In this document: positions 1-11,779 of the stretch, in pieces | Layout: each line of letters begins with the position of its first letter | Position numbering within the stretch: position 1 is the stretch's first letter | From: Geosiphon pyriformis uo1 | Lineage: Eukaryota; Fungi; Glomeromycota | Direction: 5' to 3' | Length of the DNA: 64,000 nt | Assembly: GCA_016748015.1 (NCBI GenBank) | Contig: JAAOMT010000135.1 | Span: 929,085-993,084, forward strand | Translations under genes and position numbers: made by a program | Notes under the pieces: generated by a model | The model's database searches: none | What the model was told of the DNA's origin: nothing | The model's input: only the letters and a program-made list of their open reading frames with translations

Positions 1-1171
1 CTTATAAATAAAGCCAAAATTGCATAAAAGACTATTGGAAACAGAATAATAAACCAAAGTATTATCATCAACCAAACTGCCACTTTCAATAAATAAGGCC
101 AATAAAATAAACCAACCAGAAATAGAATCTTTAGAATCTAATTTTTTCTATTTGCAAAATATGGATTACATAAAACACATATCATAATAGTCCAGAAGTT
201 GATTTACAAAAACAATGCTATATTTTTTCAAAAAGCACATTATAGCTAAGTAGTAAACCAAATCTAAAATATTAGCAATAGCAATACTATAACCAGTCTA
301 AAATATATTAAGCATATTATTTACCAAAGACAAACCACATAACACCAGCATATTAGTTACACTAGCTAAAAAACAGTTTGTGGAATTGATCAACAGTATG
401 ATCAGAAAACTAAGAAGTTGTTAGAACATTTAACTAATAACTTGTAAATTTATAGTTCATTTATATTTTTTATATTAATAGTATTATTAATATTTAATTT
501 AAGTATTTCAACAAATTCAAATATATCTTAAGAAATATTTATGTTAGTTTTAACTACAGATTTTTTTAAAATATCTTTTTGTATTTTTTTCTAACAAATA
601 AATCTGAAACTACAAATTAGTACCAAATTTTTTTTGGTTTTTTTATATTCAAATTATTATCAGTATTAAAAACTTTGTATTTAAACAGAAAGAGTTTCGA
701 GATATTTAACTAAATAATAAAAAATAAACAAAGACAAAAAAAACTTCTTTCAAAATTATTGTATTTTTTTAAGAATTTGAGATGTAAAAAAAAAAAAATT
801 TTTTTAAAAGCATATTATAAAATTATTAAATTTAATAATAAAAAATAAAATAAAAAAATTATTATTAAATTTAATAATATTTAAATATTTTTTTATTATT
901 ATTTACTTTTTTGTTATTATATTTTTTATTAGTATTTTTTTGGTTTTAATAAATTATTAACAATTAATATTAAAATAAAGCTAAATATATATATAATAAT
1001 ATTTTTATAAATATATATTTTTAAATCAACTATATTTATGTATTTAGAAAAAACATGCATTTAAAAAATAACAATAATAAAATAAATATTGTTGTATAAT
1101 AAATATGAACTATGTATTTTTTACATATAATTAGTCATTAAGCCAAATAAAACAATTTAATACTATATTAT

Positions 1172-1806
1172 CAGTGATGTTCGCTGGGAGTTACTGGAAT
1201 TGGAATGTCACTGGACCCGACTGGATGGAATGGTGTCACAGATCAGCTTCCAGTGGTGAGTTGTCACTGGACCCTTCCAATTAGGATTTTTTATTCACTG
1301 GATGGAAGGTCCAGTGACGTCCAGTGATGTCCAGTGGCTTGGCAAAATTTTTTCTCTATTAAATGTACCCATCGATGAGGTTGCCGATGAGTCTACCGAT
1401 GAACCTACTAACGAACTAAATGAATATAGGATGGATAATGAACAAGACGAATTGCAAGATATCGAACCATCAAGTATAATAACGCCCGATGATTGGGAAA
1501 ATCAATTACGTGACTGGGAACAGATGTTAATAGATGAGGAGATTGCCAGATCAGAAGATGAAAACACCCAGCAATAGATAACAGAGCAAAATGGGAACTG
1601 AGTAGTATATTTGGTTTATTGTTTCAAAAACCAAATTTTATAAATAATAACGATTAGTTTTCACTATTAATGTATACATTTTTATTTACTATGCCTACAT
1701 TTTGATTGGTTAACATTATATTGGTTCCAGTGGAATAATCGTTCCAGTGAGAGTTTCCACTGGAATTACTGGAACTCTGGAAAAATCTGGAATTCTAGAA
1801 GTCCTG
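1172..1806 (+). mobile_element. Internally deleted DNA transposon (hAT-like) with a transposase C-terminal remnant
   Basis: Ends are CAG...CTG, flanked by the direct repeat TACTATATTAT (1161-1171 and 1807-1817). CCAGTG/CACTGG subterminal motifs cluster at both ends. Inside is an acidic reading frame (DWENQLRDWEQML) followed in another frame by HPAIDNRAKWELSSIF...*, which resembles C-termini of Glomeromycotina hAT-like transposases (recalled, not searched). Confidence 0.6.
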
Positions 1807-2830
1807 TACTATATTATTATTTAGTAAATAATTGAAAATTTAATTAGTTATTATTATACAATTAATATGTACATATATTTATAAAAAACATTTTTAAACT
1901 TCAAATTAAACTATAGCACACATAAAAAAAAAATCCAGATCGTCTTAGCACTGGTAATTATTTAGTTGTTTTGTTGTATTTTTTCCATTCTTTAACGAAC
2001 ATCAGATTTATCAACTCTCCAGCCGAACAAACCAAGGATTTACGTGCCTACGCTGTTTCGTTTGGCTGAGCCTGTACATTGTGTCTGTTTCAAATGGAGA
2101 TAAGTACATCATTTCGTTGCAATGTGTAGAGGCATCGCAGAATACCAGTATTCTGTCGGGTCCCACACGCTGATCCGGCTAGGAAACGAAGCGACTGGGT
2201 GGTCATCCGGCGATTGTGGTACGCTGCTGGTATCCTGTTGAAAAAAATGGTGCCATATGTGGGTTGCATTCATTGTGTGTCTTTCCTGCGGGGATCCTTT
2301 CTGTTGGCTTCGATCTTCAGCTGACTGCCGTTGGTCGGGTCCACACTGGCATCTTTGACATGTCAAACTGAATAGCTACACAGCGACGATTCAAGTATAT
2401 TGTGTTTCGATCGTAAAAATGGTGCCGGGTGTGGGTTGCATTCATTGTGCGTGGACTCCCTCGACATCACTGTGTAGCGACCATCGATTGTGTCCTTGGT
2501 TGTTATGTGGAAGTGATGTTTCTTGTTTGATGATGCATTTACTGACCGAGTTATTTCCTCTGTTTAGATTCATGAAAGTTCGTCGTAATGATAATGACTG
2601 CATGGAGCAAAGAATAAACAGACGAATGAGATGACAAAGGGATCATGAAACCTCGTCGGGCGATATCAAGCGCTTGGTTCAGACCAAAATTTCGCTATCC
2701 AGAACTTGAAGATATTTAAGAAAAATTTAAAGATTAGTGTTTTTTTCTCTACTATTAGCAATGAGTGAGAAAATTTTTTTGCCGAGGGGCACACATATTA
2801 CTTCGTGAATGAAAAACCGCATCCCGAGAT

Positions 2831-3970
2831 GTGGATCCAACGATCTCGTGTGCACGTGGATTGTGATTCGCGTAGAACTCTCAATCGGTTCTCATTGGGA
2901 GATAACACCCTGCATTGTTCATCGAATGACGGTGAACATTGAGTGACTTGTCGCAGAAGCCAATTTTGGTGGAAGTGGGTAGCGTCCAACAATCTCGTGT
3001 GTACGTGATTTGTGCGTGTGCTGTGGGTTGTGCGTGTACTGGGGTGTGCCTTTTTCTGGCAATAGGGCAAATGTGAGACAACCTGCCCTGCTACTCTCAT
3101 GTATTCAGGTGCAAGAGCGTCCAGCTGTCATTGATCTGATCTGATGCTCTCATTGGCATGCTGAGTCGTGCACATTATTGTTCTGCTGTGAATAAAGCCA
3201 CACCTCGCGATCCCGTTGTAATGGATCCCAACGGTTTCTTATGTATGCGCATTGGGGTATATGTGCTTGTTCCAACAATAGCAACTGTGCTACAACCCGC
3301 CTTTGCTACTTTTATGTATTTCTGATGTCGCGTGGGTAAGAAGAGCGTCCAGCTTTCACAGACAGGCTGGGCGTGCACATGTTACTTTGGTGTGAATCAA
3401 GACACGTGAACCGGATTCAACGGTCTCGTATGTACGTGTATTGTGATTCGCGTAGCGCTCTCATTGGGAGATAACACCCTGCATTGATCATTGAGCGACC
3501 GTGAACATTGAGCGACTTGTCGCAGAAGCCAGTTTTGGTGGAAGTGGGTGACGTCCAACAATCTCGTGTGTTCGTGTACTTTGATTTGTACGTATACTGT
3601 GGTTTATGCATGTACTATGTGTGTGTATTTGTTCCAGCAACAGCGATAGTGCGATAGCCTGCCCTGCTACTCTTATGTATTCAGGAGGTGTGTACTTTTT
3701 ACTTTGCTGGGAAAAAGACACACCTTGCGATTTCGTTGCAACTGGATCCCAATGATTTCGTATGTACGTGCAGTGTTGTTTTAGTGGATCCAACGATCTC
3801 GTGTGCACGTGGATTGTGATTCGCGTAGAACTCTCAATCGGTTCTCATTGGGAGATAACACCCTGCATTGTTCATCGAATGACGGTGAACATTGAGTGAC
3901 TTGTCGCAGAAGCCAATTTTGGTGGAAGTGGGTAGCATCCAACAATCTCGTGTGTACGTGATTTGTGCGT
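2831..3970. repeat. CpG-rich complex direct-repeat array
   Basis: 2831-3017 and 3784-3970 match over 187 bp with one mismatch. A diverged third copy lies at about 3410-3590. The core TCCAACRATCTCGTGTGYACGTG-like motif recurs about 8 times. Confidence 0.85.
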
Positions 3971-4303
3971 ACCCCCGAAAAAGCTTTTTCCATTCGTCAT
4001 CTAAAAATAATTTAAAAATGTTATGTTTTTAAAAATATGTACCAAAATTGCTTTTGAAATTAACTTATTTTAATTAAAGTTAAGAATTTTTTAATAAAAA
4101 TCAAGAAATTTTGGGCAGTTGACATTTATAAAGACAATTACTTTTACAAAAAAGGTTGAATAAATATTTAAAATTAAAATTGTATAAGCATTTTTGGTTT
4201 TTTGGAATTTATGTAAATTTTTAAAAATAAAAATTCAATAATAATAGTTGTATATAAAAAATAAGTTATCAATATTATTATTGGTTTTAATAAATTTTAA
4301 AAA

Positions 4304-4336
<33 letters not shown>

Positions 4337-6350
4337 CAATAATCAATATATTTAACTATAACGTGTTATATTTTAACATATAAACCAATAAATATAGTTT
4401 ATGCTTAATTATATATAATTATATATTTAAACCAATTAAAACCAAATTATAATAAATTTACAAAAATAAAACAATTATCTTTATTATAATAACAATTAAA
4501 TTATTATTATTAAAATCATACCAATCAATTATTTAACAGTTTTATTAATATTAATTTTAATATTAAAAATTTAAAGCTTTTAAAAAACCATTATTTTAAC
4601 AAAAAAATTTTTATTAACAAGAATTTAAACTATTTTTATATAAATATACTAATAAGTTTAATAAAAAACTTAATTAGCAAAGTTAACTTAATCAATTCAA
4701 ATTCAAAAAAAACCAATTTAAAATTAAAACAACAATAAATAAAAAAACTAAAGAAATAGTAATCCTAAAATAATTCTTAAAAATCTTAAAAGTTATAAAA
4801 AATAAAATAAAAATATTTTTAAATAAAAGCCAAATAATTTAAATTTTAATATTTAAAATAATATTAATAAACAGAAATTTTTTATTAAATATAATTTTTT
4901 TTAAAATACTAATTTTAACAATAATAATATTCAATTTAGCTTAAAAACCAAAAATAACAATAATATATTTTAATTATTAAACAGAATTAAAAAACTAAAG
5001 AATAAAACAAATATAACTATATACTCAAAAAATTAATTTACTAATTTTAAAACCATTATAGCCAAAAATATTAATTTGATTTTAAAAATGTTTTTTAAAG
5101 TAACAACTTTTTTAAAAAAAATTCTAATATTGTTTTTTTAATTAAAAATATAAAAAAAACTTTTTTTATTCAAAAAGCAATATTTTAAAAAAAGTTTTTT
5201 TGTTTTTACTTTATTATATTTTTTACTATTTTATAAAACATAAATTTTTTTGTTTAAAAACTGGTTAACATTAATATTTATCTTTTGATTAAAATATAAA
5301 TATAATAAAACTTATAATAATTAATTTTTTTATAAGTAATAATTTGTAATAATTAAAAATTATAATTATATTATATTATTGATTAATAATAATTAAAAAA
5401 AGTTTATATATATGAATTTTTTTTAATTTTAATAAATTTTTTGAAAATATGTTATATATAATTAAAACTATTAATTATTATTTTAGAAGTTTTATTATTA
5501 TTATTTAATTAATATAATATATTTGCAATTTAAGTTTTTTATACTTAAATAATTTAATATTAATTTTTTTAATTTCCTTAATATTATCTTAAGCTTTCAA
5601 ATTTGTTATTGAATTATAACAAATTTTAATTATATTCAATTAATTAATTTAATATAAATTTTTATTTTAAAAATAAGATTTATAATTTTTTTAGTATTAA
5701 ATACTTAATTATTTAATACATAATATTAAAGTTTTTGCGACTTTTTTTTTCTGTTTCTGTTTTAATTCAATATTAAATACTGTTTTTATTAAACTAGAAT
5801 AATACCAACAGTTTTAAATAATATATATATGAATATTAAACCAATATTTTTAGATTTAATAAATTATTTAAAATAATATAATAAAAATTTTTATATTTAT
5901 TATTATATTAGTTAACAATATATGTAAACTAACAAGTATAATAATAATACTTAAATACTACAATAATATTAATATTTATTGGTTGTATTTTGTATTTAAA
6001 AAAAACATATATTTTAGTGTTTTTTAATTTTATATTAGTTAAAATATATAATTATATATTAATTAATAATAATAAAACATTGTATTTATATTTAGTTATT
6101 TTTTAATTAAAATTTTCAAGTTATTTACCAAAAAAAATTTTTGTTATTTATGTTTTATTATTATAATAATAATAAAACTATTAAAAATAACCAATAATAA
6201 ATAATTTAAGTTGATAAAATCTATTAATATTTATAATAAATACCACAGTAATATAAAATTTGTTATGCTTATAATCTTCTATTTAACAAGTAATAATTAT
6301 TAATTTAGATTTATCTAAAAAAAACTTAGTTTTAATTATATTATAAATAT

Positions 6351-7179
6351 TATTACAAGTAATTATTTGGGGTGTTAAAACAAATAACAAACCTGTAACT
6401 TGGTGTTTAATAAGTAATATAGTTGATAATATTTGAAGATTTTTGTATCTGAAGGTTTTCATATCTGAAAATTTTAGTGGAGTCCTTTGTATAATAAACA
6501 GAGATTTCTTAATTGTTTTCAGTAGTCTTTTGGAATTGCAATTCTATTAATTTCTTTTTCAGCTTGATAACCAATAATTCTCTGGTAAGTAATCTTTAAA
6601 TTCAACTGTTTACTCTTTTGTAGGAGTTTTTTATCAAGCAATCCTTAATGTTAGTAACTCAGTACTTAATCTTTAATCAATTAATAAACAACAAAACAAA
6701 TAAAAATAAAAATAAAATAAAGAACATAAAAGAATTTAGCCAAGACAAGAAAGAGTTAATATTTTATCAATAGCTATAATCAAGAGCTATTGGTCCAGTA
6801 TACTTAAGTATTAATAATTATCAACATGTATTATTAATAATAAAAAGATAGATTGTAATAGTAATAAGTATTTTTATTGATATTTGATGTTTCCACTTTA
6901 AGTTATAGAATACTATTATATAAAGGAATGGTTATGAAATTGAAGCTAAAGATTCTAAGTTAAGAATTCTGTTTTTTTACTTTTAATACTATTGTTATAT
7001 ATACATAAATTTCATTATACAAGATTTCTTGAATTTTTCTATTTTTTAGCCAGAAATTCTGGAATTTTTGAATCCTGTAATTCTTCATACAGAAATCCTG
7101 AAATTCTACTTTTACTATATCTTATTTTGATTGGCTAATTTATGTACTAATATATAATTCTTATATTCTATGAGTAACA
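6351..7179 (-). repeat. 3' LTR of element A (about 830 bp)
   Basis: T(G>A)TTACA...GTAACA termini; homologous to the solo LTRs at 21705-22527, 35672-36480 and 36548-37532. Confidence 0.85.
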
Positions 7180-7194
7180 TTATCCCTTCTTTTT
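7180..7194 (-). promoter_or_regulatory. Polypurine tract of element A
   Basis: AAAAAGAAGGGATAA immediately precedes the TGTTAC LTR start on the minus strand; element B has GAAAGGAGGGGATAA in the same position. Confidence 0.85.
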
Positions 7195-7325
7195 AATATT
7201 GAGCTCTGTTGAAATTTTCTATATCTCCTAACTTTCCATTTTTGATTAACTTTTAAACTTTTTTTTCGAAAATTACTTAAGTTATTTTGATCTGTAATTC
7301 TTCAAATTAGGCCTTGGTCATTTTA
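7195..7325 (-). pseudogene. C-terminal remnant of the retrotransposon ORF3 in element A
   Basis: Translates KMTKA*FEELQIKIT*VIFEKKV*KLIKNGKLGDIENFNRAQY*, which aligns by eye with the end of element B ORF3 (QLTNLQFQNLQQQINNIVL...NFDGAQS*). Confidence 0.65.
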
Positions 7326-7329
7326 TTAT

Positions 7330-9084
7330 AAATTTTTTACACTTATTAACAAGCAGTAAAAATTTAAAATAAAACCTAGCAAATAAAGAGCTTTTACTAC
7401 AAAAATAAAGACAAATATAATTGTAGAAGAAAATCCAACAAGCACCTTTAAATATATTGATTAAAACAAAAGGGATGGGACTATTCCCTGCATCATTAAA
7501 AGAAAACATCACTCCTAATTGTTTTCCATCAAAAGTATTTTGGATATTATTAATCATTATTGTTTGTTTTCTAAAAAATTCAAACACTTAGTCATTATAT
7601 TATTCATAAAATTGTTTAGCGAAATTAGAATTAACACTTGCAAACAAACATGCAAGCATTTTCTCAATTGAATGAAAGTGTTGGTTTGAGTAGAATAATA
7701 TGGAGGTAATTTTGTATAAATAGAATTAATTAGCACAAGTGTGACCAGTTCTACTCTTATGTTGTTTAAGTATTTGTTGAGATAATCTGTAAAAATAAGA
7801 TTTTGATTCAATAACATGAACATCTAAGTCTGGTAAAATGACTAAATCAACAGAAAGAATTGTTAAACCAGTATTTAAAACATTTGTGGAAATGTAAACT
7901 CACTTTGTTTCATCTATAAATTTGTTATCATAATTGATAACTTGAGTTTTAATCTTACACCAGTTTAACTTGAAAGTTAGTAAAACTCTTTTTTCAACTG
8001 TTGGCATAAAAATTAATACTTTTGAAAAAGCATTATTTACAACTGTGTTGAAACAGAAACCTAAATACTGGTCAAAATTTGGTAATTAACAAAGAAATGT
8101 TTCAATCTCAAAAAGAGTTAATCCTGAAACAGTATACTGCTGGTTAAATGAAATATTATCTGTTAGCATAGTAGTAAAGTACATATTAAGAATCCAATTC
8201 TGTTTAATGAACTTGTAAAATAGTTCTTGAATATAAGCTTTATCTATTATTACAAACCCATTACCTTTATACCAGAGTAAAAAAGAATCAGGAATAGTAA
8301 AAATCACATTTTTTATTACTTTATTAGATCCATAACACCAATTATCTTTACTGAAATCAGTCAATAAACTCAGATATTTTGGAATTGATACTGTAAGTAA
8401 TGCTCTAAAAACTATTACAATTACTTGTTTCTTGAGATGTTTTTAAAGCACAATAAGGAAGTGAATTGATTTACTCCAACCAGTTGGAGCATAAAATAGG
8501 ATTTTTTCATCCAAGTTTAAATTATCTATGATTGGTTGATATTTATTGGACATACCTGATTGATTAACATTAGGCAGGTTCAGTTTTATTAATTAAATTC
8601 ACAGAATTAATTATCTATTTTTCTATTTCTATTAAGAGAAGGTTGAAGTTTAAGTTATAATGTTCAGAGCAAAAATAAGGTCAAAAAATAATTAAAAATA
8701 TTAAAAATAATGTGAAAATATTATTCTTAGTTTCAAATTTAACAAAATTACAAATATTATTGAATAAAAAGATTGATATAAAACTAAATGAAGTATTTAC
8801 ATGATTAAAGAGATCTAGATAAAAAAAAATTGATTCATAAAAACGAGTTTGGAAAATAGTTGTTATTGATTTAAAATTAAATAAAAACAATAATAGAATA
8901 TGATCAATCCAAGAAAAATAACTTTCATTTGATTAATGTTCATAATTTTTAAAGAATTTGAAATTATTACAGTCTAATAACTTAATAATTTCATCTGAAG
9001 TTTGATTGGACTTATCACATATTTGTTGGACATAATTAGAAATCTGGGTATTGTATTTCTTAATTATATATTTAATTAAGATGT
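7330..9084 (-). pseudogene. Endogenous viral element, 3' part: linker plus SF2 DExH RNA helicase, hypo/fusarivirus-like
   Basis: One frame from 8580 to about 7320 carries motif I APTGWSKS (8467-8490), Ia VIVIVFR, Ib TIPDSF, II FVIIDKAY (DKAY 8233-8244), III YFTTM, IV KVLIFMPT, V STNVLNTGLTIL and VI QHKSRTGHT (QHKSRTGH 7741-7764). Single transitions per codon restore GKS, DEAH, SDAGLTIP and QRKGRTGRT. In-frame stops are TAA/TGA. One frameshift lies near 8585. Confidence 0.85.
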
Positions 9085-10882
9085 TGTTACAGAAGTGTTT
9101 TCTTGGTATATTTTAATTGTTAATCCTCTGTTTTAATTGCAATTGGTTTTTTGTGAGTTTTTCTATTTTATGTGTTGGATATTAATAATAATATACTAAA
9201 AGTTTTTTCTTGATGTTGTAATATAAGTCTTCTTTTTAATTTTAGTTGTTTTTGTATGTTGCGTACTCCTTCCCAGAGGCTAATCTGAAATCTACCCACT
9301 GTTTGGGGTCTTTTCTGAGGCTATTTTTACAATTGCCTAATGTGTTTCTCTAATCTAGAAACACGGTGTTACTGGAGGTTTTTGGTCTCTTTTCTGTAAT
9401 GTTGTTGATACTTACTTGCTGTGAATTCACATTTTCTGGATGTGGTTGAACCTCCAATAACTGAATTTATTTTCAAATTATCTCCTATAATTTGAACTTG
9501 CTGAGCTTATAAGTGGAATGGCCAATTCCGTGCCAGTTGCTTTATGTAGTTACGTTGTAGTAAACATCAACTCTTTCCCAGAAATTGCTCATCTGGAAGC
9601 TCACTAAAAATGTGTAGTTACTTTGCTGTGAAAGTCAACTCTTCTACAGGAATCTCGTCTGTAGATTACCCTAATGATTATGATAAGAAAATAAAAGAAA
9701 ATAAAAGAAATGTAAAAGAAATAAGATTTTATCAAGGAAAACGTTTTCTATCCAGGCCTGGAGTCACTAACAGTTTACTGAAATTGGTAGCTAATCAATT
9801 TCGAAATGTTAGTTGGGTTTTGGGGGTTTTCCAAGTACAATAATTAAAGAATTTGGTTTTTTCGAATTATTTGATATTTATTTCTTTTTGTGTATATAAG
9901 AATGGTTTTAAGAGATAAATCTAAAGTAAGATACATTTTCTCGAAAAGAGAAGCTCTTCTTTTATACAACTTGTTGTAACACTATTCTATGAACTTGAAC
10001 TTTGCTATTTTCTACAATTTTGCTGAACTAAAGATACATTTCGGCGAACTATAAGTTATTTCGGCAAACTATTAGATATTTCAGTGAACTATCAATTATT
10101 TCGGCAAATTTCTACAAATTTCGGCGAACTTCTGAATGTTACATAGTTTGGGGTATTGCATGATTGATCATTGCAATTAGGTTATATTTGTGTTGTGTAC
10201 AATTTGGGTTATTAATTAAATGATAATTTCGGACATTTTTTGCCAATGTAATAAGTGATCATTTGATGATAATATATGCTAATTAATGATAGGAATTATA
10301 AGATAATTTCATGCTAAATAATATCTCTAATTTCGTCTGGTAACAACGGAATGTTAATGGCCTTTTTGCGATTTCCCTAAGTATATAATAAAGCTTTTTC
10401 AATTTAATTAGTAACCATGTGAATAATTTTAATCAAGAATTATTTTTCCAAAGAGTTCAGAAATGAAATAATAGTTTCATTTACTAGAGAGAGTATGTGA
10501 ATTCTAATGTTAATCTTGTAATTGTGATGTTTATTCAATTTATTATTTTTATTAATTCTTTTTGAATAAGATTTTATTTAGATATTTGTTGCTTCAAGTT
10601 AAAGCTTGTTTTTCTTTATCATTAAAAACTATTGTATATATATATAATTATTGTTTTACAAAATAACATCTTGTAATACTCTATTTCCATTATTTCTAAA
10701 TAGTGCTTGCTGCTTTTGCATGATAGTGCTTGCTATTATTGTAAAATAGTGCTTACTGCTATTGTACAATAGTGCTTGCTGCTATTTGTAAATCATTTCT
10801 TTTTATAAATTGTTGCTGTGCTATTTTATAATTGGCTAATTTATATTATTTATAATTCCTATTAAATTCTTGAACTATAACA
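9085..10882 (-). repeat. 3' LTR of element B, containing solo LTR C1
   Basis: 9085-9366 plus 10350-10882 align with 19786-20577; PPT at 10883-10897. Confidence 0.9.
9367..10345. mobile_element. Solo LTR C1
   Basis: TGTTAC...GTAACA termini; perfect TSD ACGG (9363-9366 and 10346-10349); homologous to 15667-16625. Confidence 0.9.
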
Positions 10883-10895
10883 TTATCCCCTCCTT

Positions 10896-11567
10896 TCAAG
10901 ATTGAGCTCCATCAAAATTGAAGTTAATTTTTTCATTAATTTCTATATTACTATAATAATCTAATACTATATTATTAATTTGTTGTTGTAAATTTTGAAA
11001 TTGTAAATTGGTTAATTGTCCAATGCTATTAATTGTTATAAAATTCATAATTAGATCCAATAGTACTTTGTAACAGTTTTCGAAAGCCTTAAAAATTCTG
11101 TAAACAGCTTTTATATAAAGTATATTGTTGGTTTTTCTAATAAAACTTTCCAATTGTTGTATCATTGTTTTGCTAAATATTTTGACTGAATTTTTTGAGT
11201 ATAATGTTTGTATGTTTAATTGTTTTCCCAATTGGTAATAACAATAATTAATGGAGAATTTTTCCTTTAGCTGTTCAAATATACTTGGTGTTAATTCTAT
11301 TATGTTCATTTCTTCTGTTATCAATGTATTGTTCAATGTTATTCCTAAATTTTTAATGGTTTTGTCGATAAAGCTGTTACTGTTTTTGGCAATAGTAGTA
11401 TATGGTATAAAACTAGGTTTCTCATTTATTGTAAAATTTGGTATTATTTTTCTTTTATATGATATCTCAGAACTATTGATTGTAATTTCCAAATCTGAAT
11501 TTGATTGTTGTAAGCTTTGACATAGTTGTTGAGTTAACTTACTAATGTTTTCTGGAATATATGTCAT
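10896..11567 (-). CDS. Extra ORF3 of element B (223 aa, unknown function, at the env position)
   Basis: Open ATG-initiated ORF between the integrase GPF tail and the PPT; its stop codon overlaps the PPT; no obvious signal peptide or TM segment. Confidence 0.6.
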   Translation of the reverse strand: MTYIPENISKLTQQLCQSLQQSNSDLEITINSSEISYKRKIIPNFTINEKPSFIPYTTIAKNSNSFIDKTIKNLGITLNNTLITEEMNIIELTPSIFEQLKEKFSINYCYYQLGKQLNIQTLYSKNSVKIFSKTMIQQLESFIRKTNNILYIKAVYRIFKAFENCYKVLLDLIMNFITINSIGQLTNLQFQNLQQQINNIVLDYYSNIEINEKINFNFDGAQS

Positions 11568-11779
11568 TGTTTTAATTTTTGACTGCTTTTTTGGGCTCTT
11601 TTGTATGCATTTTTATGCTTTGTTAATTGTTTCTTGGTGTAATTTAAGATTAATTATCTTTTTATATAATGTTCAATTAAAATTACTGGTTCTAAATTTT
11701 GTGGAATCTGATCTGGTGATACTAGTAGTATTTGTGTTTTAATTCTAAGTGTTTGTGTTATTATTACTGATTTGTTGTA

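Noticed and set aside
1-450. Possible LTR remnant at the window start
   Set aside because: Only vague resemblance; no terminus or TSD can be established.
1302-1577. Stand-alone 91-aa gene
   Set aside because: It is a fusion of subterminal repeat sequence and a transposase tail inside the 1172-1806 element.
2510-2600. C/D snoRNA (TGATGA...CTGA)
   Set aside because: The boxes are too close together, and no terminal stem or guide sequence was identified.
2831-3970. CRISPR-like array
   Set aside because: The repeats are degenerate and irregularly spaced, the intervening segments are themselves duplicated, there are no cas genes, and the context is eukaryotic.
2109-3993. Short ORFs in the GC-rich island as real genes
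   Set aside because: Repeat copies differ by frame-breaking indels and no domain is recognisable.
7330-8580. Cellular DEAH helicase pseudogene
   Set aside because: It is intronless and compact, shows no evident HA2/OB extension, and is preceded by RdRp-like motifs. A database search is still needed.
9610-9843. 77-aa ORF
   Set aside because: It lies within solo LTR C1 and is probably incidental.
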